NCBI GenBank assembly: GCA_030668825.1
Contig: DAOVET010000033.1
Coordinates: forward strand, 1 to 26,877
DNA length: 26,877 bases
Direction of reading: 5' to 3'
Source: Candidatus Heimdallarchaeota archaeon
Lineage (GTDB): Archaea > Asgardarchaeota > Heimdallarchaeia > Heimdallarchaeales > Heimdallarchaeaceae
Position numbers and translations under genes: made by a program. The notes below the pieces were generated by a model, which saw only the letters and a program-made list of their open reading frames with translations, was not told where the DNA came from and searched no databases. Of this stretch, positions 16,996 to 25,178 are shown piece after piece. The first letter of the stretch is position 1. Every line of letters starts with the position of its first letter.

Positions 16996-17368
16996 TCTTA
17001 ACCTCCTTTTTTCTATAGTAGGGTATTCTTGTATACTTGTTGCAGTGGTTACATTTGATGGCAATCACTCTGTTTGTAGATGAAAGTCTAACTCGGCTAT
17101 TAATTCCTGGATAAAGGAATGCTTTACAATGTTTACAGAATCGTTTTTTCCATTCTGGAGGGAATTTTATTCTAGTTTTCATTTGGATTTTACGTGCTTG
17201 TTTAGCAAACTGCTGGGCTTTTTCCATATCCTCTGAAATAATTTTATCTGCTTTTATGAGTAAAGAAACAATTTGTGCTTTGAAATCCTCTTGAGACAAA
17301 ACCTGAAACTTTTTTCTTCGATTCTTTCTCTTCCTTGTACGTGGGTGAGATGTTTTTTCATTAGACAT
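16979..17368 (-). CDS. rnp4: ribonuclease P protein component 4 (Rpp21)
   Basis: KKRFCKHCKAFLYPG.N.RVR...IKCNHC...RIPY zinc ribbon of Rpp21/RPR2. Confidence 0.93.
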   Translation of the reverse strand: MSNEKTSHPRTRKRKNRRKKFQVLSQEDFKAQIVSLLIKADKIISEDMEKAQQFAKQARKIQMKTRIKFPPEWKKRFCKHCKAFLYPGINSRVRLSSTNRVIAIKCNHCNKYTRIPYYRKKEVKNEQHH

Positions 17369-17469
17369 GTTGTTTCTTCCCTATTGGATGAGAAAAAATC
17401 ACCTTATCAACATTTCTTTTCATTTTATTTTTAGAACCAAATGTTAATTTGAAGAAAAAGGATTTATCT

Positions 17470-18603
17470 CTAAGGAGGTGGTGGAGGAATATTCTTGATT
17501 AGTTTTTTCATTTTCCTTTCAGAAACAACTTGACCAAAGGGAAATATTGTACCTTGTTCCTTTGTGTTTTTTTCAGAATCAAGTATAGATTCCCCTTCAT
17601 TCTCCATTTCTTTTTGTTCCATTGCTAGGACAATTGTTGATTCTTTCTTAATTTCTTGATCAGGATTTGTTTTCCTTCTCATAAAGACTGGTAATCTTAC
17701 ACTCTTCAAAAGAGGAAATAATCTATTTCTATTATAATGGGGGATTTCCTTCTTGCGTATGGATTTCATTGGTTTCGTTCTTTTCTTTAAACTTGGCTTT
17801 ATACAAGGTATAAATTTCTCAATTTTGAAATATGAATCCCAAGAAAGCTGCATCTCTGACTTATTAGGTAATCCCAGAAGTAAGAGGATCTTACTGCGTT
17901 TTATTTCATTTAAGGAATGAAATCGTATCGAAAACACCATCTTTTCTTTATATTGTAGAGATATTATTTTCAATTGCTGTAAATAGTCTATACAATTATC
18001 AAATTCTGAAGAACTGTATGTCAATAAAATCCCTTTATTTTGTTTCCCAGCTTTATTCTTTCCTTTCTTAAGAATTCTTGAACTTAGATTTAGATTACAA
18101 TGTTTAAATGCTAACAAATCTTGAAAATATCTTGTAAGCTGATTAGATTCTTCTCCTGAAAAAACTATAGAAGAGAAAACCATGAAATTCTTTCCCATTT
18201 TGATAATTCGGGGTTCTGATGTTTTCCGAATAGGAGAAAAATAGCTTTCTTGTAAGCTTTCAGCAATATTGTGGTGGTTTATTTGTGATATAACCAAAAA
18301 TGGACTTACTGGGGTAATTTTTTGCATTCTATCTAGAAGATTTGATACTTCGCTTATTACTTCACCTGCATTCTGTGCTGAAATGATCAAGTAGAGTTTC
18401 ATTGATGTTTCAGTCATTTGAATAACGTAAGAATAACCAAAAGAATCAAAATAATTTGTTATTCTTTTAGAAAGTTGTGTGAGAACCCCTTCTTCCATCT
18501 TAGTTAATGCAAAACCAATAACTGAAATTGCTTGATTATCAGATTCTAATAAAATAAAATCCTCTGTGTGGTGAATTTGAAATTTTGACATAGTATCTAA
18601 CAA
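17470..18603 (-). CDS. hypothetical protein ending in PPPPP
   Basis: 377-aa ORF co-oriented with and 55 nt downstream of ftsZ. No family recognised. Confidence 0.7.
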   Translation of the reverse strand: MLDTMSKFQIHHTEDFILLESDNQAISVIGFALTKMEEGVLTQLSKRITNYFDSFGYSYVIQMTETSMKLYLIISAQNAGEVISEVSNLLDRMQKITPVSPFLVISQINHHNIAESLQESYFSPIRKTSEPRIIKMGKNFMVFSSIVFSGEESNQLTRYFQDLLAFKHCNLNLSSRILKKGKNKAGKQNKGILLTYSSSEFDNCIDYLQQLKIISLQYKEKMVFSIRFHSLNEIKRSKILLLLGLPNKSEMQLSWDSYFKIEKFIPCIKPSLKKRTKPMKSIRKKEIPHYNRNRLFPLLKSVRLPVFMRRKTNPDQEIKKESTIVLAMEQKEMENEGESILDSEKNTKEQGTIFPFGQVVSERKMKKLIKNIPPPPP

Positions 18604-18658
18604 TATATATAGAAAAGAGCATAAAAACCCAAAAATAATTTGGGGGAGAAGAGTTTAC

Positions 18659-19822
18659 TTAATCTCTCCATAATGCTTCAATAGATATTTCATCAGGTTT
18701 AGTTAAGTACAAGGATTTTACCTCAGCAATTACCACGGTTACTGATAGTTCATCATCTGGAATGACTTCATCAATATTACAACCCCAAACAAATTCTGCT
18801 TTTGGATTGATTTGATCTGTAATCATAGTTGTTATAGTATCGACTTCAGTCATTGATATGTTCTTATTAGCCTTAATGTTAACAAGCGCGCCTGTTGATG
18901 AATTAATATCTATATCAAGTAAGGGATTTGATAATGCATTGGTTATTGCTTGTATAGCTCGATTCTCGCCTTTTCCATGTCCAACACCAATGACTGCAGG
19001 ACCACTACGGCTCAATATCTTCTTGGTATCGGCAAAATCGACATTAACTCTTGCAGGGAGTACTATTAATTCCGTTAGTCCAACGACAGCATTAATTAGA
19101 ACATCATCAGCCAGTTTAAATGCATCCCAGAGTGTAAAATCTGGTGCATACATCAGTAGTTTTTCGTTTGGAACCACAATAACAGTATTAGAGTGTTCAT
19201 TTAATTCATCTAAACCTTGCAAAGCTGCATCCATTTTTGATTGTCCTTCTGATGCAAAAGGTAAAGTACAAACACTTACAACTAAACATCCTTCTTCTTG
19301 TGCAATCTTAGCAACGTAAGGCGCTGCTCCAGTTCCTGTACCTTTTCCTAGACCACAAGCAACAAAAACAAGGTCATTTCCTCTGACCAACTCTCTCATG
19401 TCTTCTTCATTTTCTTCAGCTGCAGCACGACCTATATTGGGATCATTTCCTGCTCCTGTTCCATTTGTTAATTCTCTACCTATGAGTAGTTTTCGTTCTG
19501 CTTGAATACTTAGAAGGTGTCTAGCATCTGTATTAACAGCTACAGTAGTTGCTCCAATAATCCCTCCACGTGTTACAATATTGTTAATGGCATTAGAACC
19601 AGCACCACCTACACCAATAGCTAGGATTCTATTTGTTTTGAGGACCTGTTGAATGTATGAATCGACAGAACTACTTGAAAAGCGATCAGAAGAACCTGAT
19701 TGATTCACCAATAATTTTTCAAGTTCTTTATCCGTATCGTCACTATCGAATGTATTTGGCTCATTACGGTTAGAAACATTATCCTCTTCTTCATCAATAT
19801 TAATAATATAATGTTCATCCAT
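18659..19822 (-). CDS. ftsZ: cell division GTPase FtsZ
   Basis: IGVGGAGSNA, VNTD, GTGAGNDP, GLGKGTGTGAAP, LPFASEG, NEKL, T7 loop VNVDFAD, NPLLD. Confidence 0.95.
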   Translation of the reverse strand: MDEHYIINIDEEEDNVSNRNEPNTFDSDDTDKELEKLLVNQSGSSDRFSSSSVDSYIQQVLKTNRILAIGVGGAGSNAINNIVTRGGIIGATTVAVNTDARHLLSIQAERKLLIGRELTNGTGAGNDPNIGRAAAEENEEDMRELVRGNDLVFVACGLGKGTGTGAAPYVAKIAQEEGCLVVSVCTLPFASEGQSKMDAALQGLDELNEHSNTVIVVPNEKLLMYAPDFTLWDAFKLADDVLINAVVGLTELIVLPARVNVDFADTKKILSRSGPAVIGVGHGKGENRAIQAITNALSNPLLDIDINSSTGALVNIKANKNISMTEVDTITTMITDQINPKAEFVWGCNIDEVIPDDELSVTVVIAEVKSLYLTKPDEISIEALWRD

Positions 19823-19930
19823 ATATTCTCAGAGAAGCTTTCGATAACTAACATAACAACACAAATATGACCGAGAAGACTCGTCAGTATTACATTTTTT
19901 TGTTTATAAGTGTTATAAGAGAAAATTAAA

Positions 19931-20005
19931 TGGTGCACGCGCCGGGATTCGAACCCGGGTTCCAGCCGTGGCAGGGCTGAGTCCTACCAACTAGACTACA
20001 CGAGC
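19931..20005 (-). tRNA. tRNA-Gly(GCC), CCA encoded
   Basis: GCTCGTG-TAGTCTAGTTGGTAGGACT-CAGCC-CTGCCAC-GGCTG-GAAC-CCGGG-TTCGAAT-CCCGG-CGCGTGC-A-CCA. Confidence 0.93.
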
Positions 20006-20097
20006 ACGAGTAAGGTTGTATTTTAGAAGCAATATTTATCTTTTCTGTTTGATGATGATTAAAAACACACATTAAAAAAGAAGTATTAAAAAAGATT

Positions 20098-20171
20098 TGG
20101 TACGCTAACCGGGATTTGAACCCGGGTTCCCGCCTTGGAAGGGCGAAGTCCTGCCACTAGACTATTAGCGT
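20098..20171 (-). tRNA. tRNA-Gly(TCC), CCA encoded
   Basis: ACGCTAA-TAGTCTAGTGGCAGGACT-TCGCC-CTTCCAA-GGCGG-GAAC-CCGGG-TTCAAAT-CCCGG-TTAGCGT-A-CCA. Confidence 0.93.
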
Positions 20172-20396
20172 ATTTTTTCTACTTCCATCTGTTTTACTTA
20201 TATTTTTAATCTTTCTGTTCATGATTTGATTTCTTTGCATCCTTTTGGTAAATCAAAAATTGTTCTAGATTGTCAAAATTTCAATTAGATAATAGCTACA
20301 ATTTCTATGAGGTTTAAAGGTAGTGTGTATATAATTTAAGAGTTTGTAAAAATCACTACCAAAAAATGAGTGCTAAAAATTGAAAAAGAAAGTGGG

Positions 20397-21653
20397 TTAG
20401 TTGCCCCATTTTTCAAGTGCTTTGGCGAGTTCTACATGCTCTTTTGCATATTCTTCCAAGGAAATGCCCTTGAGTGTAGCATCTAGAGCTTGTCTCATTG
20501 CCATTGCTCCCTTTCTTGTACCATCAGGATGTCCATGAATTCCTCCTCCTGCCTGAATTATGATATTATCACCACCATGTTTCACTAAGTTAGGTACTTT
20601 CGCAGGATACAATCCCCCTGATGCAACTGGAAAAGTTGGTTTAAATTCATACATTGGGTTAAGCATAGCATCTTTAATTTGAAGTTCAAGATCTAATTCT
20701 GTGTCCATTTTGCCTTGGCCATACGAGCCTATATGCAATTGATCACCACCGACCATTCGGACTATTTTAGCAATTGGTAACATGGAAATACCATGTTTCT
20801 TATTACGAGTGAAAGCTGCATGCATAGTTCTATGAACATGAATTGGTACCTTTACACTTGGATCAGCTGCCATTTGAGCTAATTCTTGAAATCCAGTAAG
20901 AATAACATCTATCATCAAACATTTAGCCCCATTATCGATAGCTTCCTCTATCCTTCTCCACATGACATCATGTTTTGCAGTTACATTCACTGCGTGGATT
21001 ACAGTTCTTCCTGTTTCTTCTTTCACTTGATCCATCTTTTCTAATACTGCAACGGTTCTATCTGCTATTGGACAGAAAGGTTGGCTACTTAGATTTTCAT
21101 CATCTTTGATAAAATCTACACCACCAATAGCAGCTTCATAAGCTACTTGGGCCCATTCTTTTGCAGTTAATCCCATTTTTGGTTTAACTATTGTTCCTAA
21201 ATGAGGACGATTTGGAAATTCACCTTTGTCAGTACCTAAGATTTTACGTACTCCTTGTACTCCAAATTTTGGTCCTGGAAAGTTTTCTGCAATACTTCTG
21301 GGAAATTCTACATCAACCCATCGTATATTGCGAAGTGCTCCTAAACCAAATAGGTTACCAGCTAACATGGACAAAATACTTGTAATTCCTGCTTCTGTAT
21401 CAAAAGTTTCTGTCTTAAATCCAATTAATACTTCTCCACTCTGATATCCTTCGTGGTCACCAATAACCTTGGTATCCAGAATCTCAGCTCTTAATCTAGG
21501 AATAATGTCTATCTCTGTGTTTTCAATTGTAGTAAGTTTGGTCCATGTACCAACGCTTTCTTCGTCCGCGATATCCTCCCCAGCTTGTTCCACGGACTTT
21601 ACGTGCTCTACATAATAACGAGCAACTAGTAATTCTTTATATTTATCTTTCAT
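20397..21653 (-). CDS. rbcL: form III-type ribulose-1,5-bisphosphate carboxylase large subunit
   Basis: EESVGTW, AGNLFG, GTIVKPKMG, DFIKDDEN, IHVHRTMH, DQLHIG..GKM (loop-6 Lys), VASGGL, QAGGGIHGHP: the catalytic set appears complete. The neighbouring isomerase fits the pentose-bisphosphate pathway. ATG 21653 is supported by the duplicated start. Confidence 0.92.
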   Translation of the reverse strand: MKDKYKELLVARYYVEHVKSVEQAGEDIADEESVGTWTKLTTIENTEIDIIPRLRAEILDTKVIGDHEGYQSGEVLIGFKTETFDTEAGITSILSMLAGNLFGLGALRNIRWVDVEFPRSIAENFPGPKFGVQGVRKILGTDKGEFPNRPHLGTIVKPKMGLTAKEWAQVAYEAAIGGVDFIKDDENLSSQPFCPIADRTVAVLEKMDQVKEETGRTVIHAVNVTAKHDVMWRRIEEAIDNGAKCLMIDVILTGFQELAQMAADPSVKVPIHVHRTMHAAFTRNKKHGISMLPIAKIVRMVGGDQLHIGSYGQGKMDTELDLELQIKDAMLNPMYEFKPTFPVASGGLYPAKVPNLVKHGGDNIIIQAGGGIHGHPDGTRKGAMAMRQALDATLKGISLEEYAKEHVELAKALEKWGN

Positions 21654-21655
21654 AT
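21610..21655. repeat. 46-bp perfect direct repeat, copy 1 (rbcL start)
   Basis: acataataacgagcaactagtaattctttatatttatctttcatat, identical to 26462-26507. Confidence 0.97.
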
Positions 21656-21783
21656 AAAACACTCATTCTGTACCATTTTAAACAATATGATTTGTCTAGT
21701 TTTCGAATAATAAAATGAAAGTAATATCTGGTTTAAAGGTTTAATAAAGAAAAAGGAATGGAAAGCTAAACAAAACACTATTA

Positions 21784-23529
21784 TTAATATTGTCTTTGTA
21801 TTAATTGAGTATTAGTCATATAACTAAGCAATCTTGCTTTTTCAAGGTCTATTATACAGTTTGCGTTTTCATCATTTATTGAATTATCATTTTCTGTAAG
21901 TGAGCTAAGGACTTTTCTTACAGAATTATCAATTGATTGGAAGTAGTATTTACGTTTCTTAGTACCAATATTCATTAATGAACACCGCACTCTAATGACT
22001 GTGTCATAGAATGCAAATTTTACAAGATTAAATTTATTGAAAAGAGATATATTGTATTTTTCTACTTCAGCCCATATGTAGTCATATTGCATTTTAGAAA
22101 CCTTTTGCTCTATTGATAGTTCTTTGTTTTGATTTACCAAAGGCATAGATTCCTTGCTAAAAAAGATGTGCTGGAAACTAGTAAGAATACCGAAAACAGA
22201 AGGATTGGTCTTTTTATTTATTTTATTATAATCCAAATAATTCGATATGGTGTTTATATGCAACTCACTTTCAAGAAAAACATCATGATTAAGGTACCAA
22301 GTTATGAATTTGTTCCATTCTTGTCTAGCTATACTTTGAAAATTAATGGAAATTCTATATATCCAAGGATCGTCTCTTGAGGTATCTTTTTCAGATTTTA
22401 AATGTTCAAAGGAATGAGTATAACGACCATAATTTGTTATACAATCATATAATTTGAATGCGAATAAAGATAACAAAGTAATAATTTGATCATCAATACT
22501 AACTCCTCCGTAATTGTTCAAATTATAAAGTCTAGTGCGTTTGTCTCTCTTTCCTTCATAATTATTAAAATATTCATTAATCAAGCTATGAATATATTTT
22601 ACATTAGCAAAATTGTTAACCTCCGAAGAAGAATCATCGTATTTCTTCCCATTTAATCGTGCGTTCATTAGTACTAGTACTTCCTTCAGTTCAGGATTAC
22701 GAAGAAATAGTTGCTTAACTCCTTTATTTGTAGCTAATTGTTTTCTGCTTGCTCCTAGAATTTCTATTAATCTTACATCAAAATTATCATCAAGAATATA
22801 TGATGAAGTTTCTTTCTTATTCAAGGAATTTGTTAACGTTCTAAACATTCCATCAAGATTGTACTTGGATAATGTAATGTAATTATAATGCTCTTGCTCA
22901 TCAAAACGAATAGATACAGGTAAATATGGAGCTAAGATTTTAGTGCTTTTTAACGGATTAATAACTCCTTTTGATACATTATTTGATACTTTCTTGTGCT
23001 TATTTAACTCAATTACGGAGTTTATTGCATCAATTTTAATACTATCGTATAATTCCTTATTCTGGTATGCTAATAAATCCTGAAGATCAACAAAAATATC
23101 CTTTTTCTCATCATAAATTCCTAGAGCATTTGCTCCAGAAAAGGAATTAATAATTTTATTATTTGTTTTTTGAGTACTAAGAAATTCTACCAAATTACAC
23201 AAATCATACTTGTTGTCTTCTGAATTTAGATTGTGCTGAATCTCTATGTATATTTTTGTTCTTCTGTCCCTATAATTGTAGGACAATGGTAGAACACAGG
23301 GTATTATCTCTTCTTGCGTTGCTTTAGAATAATATACTTTAATAAAGTAAATAAATTGTATTGAGGTATACAAAACTAATCCAGAAGTCTTTAAATTAAC
23401 ATTAGAGTTATACCTGTCTCTGTATTTCTCGTATTCTGATTGCTCAAACAATCCTGCTTTATTTAAGATTTCTGAGTTTCCAATAAACAACTCTAGATTT
23501 CTATCTAGATGACTGTAGTCACATCCCAA
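21784..23529 (-). CDS. hypothetical protein, possibly 5'-truncated
   Basis: 581-aa, very AT-rich ORF. It has only a TTG start, and the frame stays open ~28 codons further upstream without an ATG. Confidence 0.6.
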   Translation of the reverse strand: MGCDYSHLDRNLELFIGNSEILNKAGLFEQSEYEKYRDRYNSNVNLKTSGLVLYTSIQFIYFIKVYYSKATQEEIIPCVLPLSYNYRDRRTKIYIEIQHNLNSEDNKYDLCNLVEFLSTQKTNNKIINSFSGANALGIYDEKKDIFVDLQDLLAYQNKELYDSIKIDAINSVIELNKHKKVSNNVSKGVINPLKSTKILAPYLPVSIRFDEQEHYNYITLSKYNLDGMFRTLTNSLNKKETSSYILDDNFDVRLIEILGASRKQLATNKGVKQLFLRNPELKEVLVLMNARLNGKKYDDSSSEVNNFANVKYIHSLINEYFNNYEGKRDKRTRLYNLNNYGGVSIDDQIITLLSLFAFKLYDCITNYGRYTHSFEHLKSEKDTSRDDPWIYRISINFQSIARQEWNKFITWYLNHDVFLESELHINTISNYLDYNKINKKTNPSVFGILTSFQHIFFSKESMPLVNQNKELSIEQKVSKMQYDYIWAEVEKYNISLFNKFNLVKFAFYDTVIRVRCSLMNIGTKKRKYYFQSIDNSVRKVLSSLTENDNSINDENANCIIDLEKARLLSYMTNTQLIQRQY

Positions 23530-23630
23530 AAATAACAGTTTTTTGTCTTTATTTGAAAAAGTATTAGAAGAGAAAATATCGTCATCTACTTTGTATTTCG
23601 TAGTTTTGGATATTTAGTATTCTGGATATT

Positions 23631-24308
23631 TTACTTAGATACTTCTTTTTGATTATACAGTGATTTTCTCCTTATGTTACTTGCAACCATTAATGAAAAT
23701 AACAAAAAGAATACTATTGGGGTCATGAATGAGGTACTCGTTACTTCAGTAGGATTATAATCAAAATCCATATAAGTTATGTTCAACACACCAGAAGTCA
23801 CAGTGATTATAGTCATTAAAACTTCTGCTTTAGTAGTATTTAACCACTGATAAGCAGTATTGATTGGTCTCCAAAGGGTGTAATTGCCATTTGGAAGTTG
23901 ATCTAAATCCGTTTGATTAATATAGAACACAACATAACTATATTCAACTGTAATACCCGGTTGATAAGTATATTTCATAACTGTTGAGTGTACATATCCT
24001 AATCGTTCAAATTCCAATGATTGGTTCTCAAGTGATGCATTAATGAAAACCTTTGGAATATAATCAGATATTTCAGTGACTGTTTGATTTTCAGCTTCTT
24101 TATTTAAAATTTCTACTGTTACATTTATATCAAACAAAGTGGTATTGGGTTCACTAAAATATGAATTGTGAAGTACAGAAACTTCAGAAATTTCTGAGAT
24201 TCTAGAAGCAATAGTTGATTCTTCCCCTTCTACTACCATCGTATATGGGAGTAAAAGTGTAAGCACTATTAGCGATATAGTCAAGAATTTACCTATTTTT
24301 TTATTCAT
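23631..24308 (-). CDS. secreted, C-terminally membrane-anchored surface (glyco)protein
   Basis: Signal peptide, several NxS/T sequons (NTT, NVT, NQT, NAS, NYT, NIT), and a C-terminal TM followed by RRK. Confidence 0.8.
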   Translation of the reverse strand: MNKKIGKFLTISLIVLTLLLPYTMVVEGEESTIASRISEISEVSVLHNSYFSEPNTTLFDINVTVEILNKEAENQTVTEISDYIPKVFINASLENQSLEFERLGYVHSTVMKYTYQPGITVEYSYVVFYINQTDLDQLPNGNYTLWRPINTAYQWLNTTKAEVLMTIITVTSGVLNITYMDFDYNPTEVTSTSFMTPIVFFLLFSLMVASNIRRKSLYNQKEVSK

Positions 24309-24383
24309 ATTATCCTTCCTCCTTACTCTCTAATTCTAACAACTGATTTTTAATTATACTAGTACAATAACACATAAAACCAT

Positions 24384-24720
24384 TTAGGTTGCTAATCTCC
24401 CCTCCGTATATGCTCTCCCATAAGCTAAGTAAGCATCAACGTATCCATATCCCATTTCTTGGTCAAAAGTACTTCTTGAACTTGCATATTGAAGGATATC
24501 TATTACCTTTTGCACAGTAGGATCTGTATAAGAACCTAACCCATTATGGTATCCAGTTATAATTAATGCAATTATACCCGCTAAGTAGGGTGTACTAATG
24601 CTAGTTCCTGCCATATATACCCAAGTTCCTCTGTAAACGCCAAGGATAATATCTCTATAAGGTTGTGTTAAAACAGGTACTCCATTTCCGGGTGCAAGCC
24701 AATATATCTCAACGAGCAAG
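24384..24720 (-). pseudogene. C-terminal fragment of an S8 (subtilisin-like) serine protease
   Basis: LAPG...YMAGTSISTPYLAGIIALI...MGYGYVDA corresponds to the GTSMATP catalytic-Ser region. The Asp (DTG) and His (HGT) motifs are absent. Confidence 0.75.
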
Positions 24721-25178
24721 CAATTAGTAGAACAAGAAATAGAATTCCTAGCAAAGGTCTTTTTAGAAACAAGGTATGATATTGATACAAATATCCGTGT
24801 AATAATAGGTTCACCAATATATGTCTCTGTTATTTGAACTATCACTTCTATTTCAGAAAGATTGAATTGTGCAATGTCACAGTTCTGTTGTTTCGGAATG
24901 CATAGTATCACTAATAGTAAACTTTTATTCCGTGTGTGCTTAATCTTCTAATTGTGTAACGATGGCTTTGCAAAAAAATCAAAAACATCAAGTTATCATC
25001 TTACCTTTAATAACTCTTCAAATTCTCAATTACATTGTAATAATCTATTCATTTCTTCCTTTTTCCTCTAAGTTTTAGTGGTTTGGTCAAATCACAAATG
25101 TATAATGCTGATAGTTAGATATCAAGCAAGTTTTGAAATAATAGTATAATTTTTAATAATATACTATTCGTTCATTAT

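Noticed and set aside
20397-21653. RuBisCO-like protein (form IV) with methylthioribose isomerase
   Set aside because: The KDDE, HR, H327-equivalent, loop-6 Lys and SGG motifs are all present, which favours true form III. Phylogeny would be decisive.
22400-22432. RYTHSFEH as a HEPN RxxxxH motif in the 581-aa ORF
   Set aside because: The spacing is atypical and such motifs arise by chance. There is no other HEPN support.
14834-22882. Remaining small overlapping ORFs in the track (e.g. 14834-15031, 16023-16241, 18858-19319, 19705-19938, 21191-21444, 22129-22882)
   Set aside because: They overlap longer, better-supported ORFs in other frames or strands, with no independent evidence.
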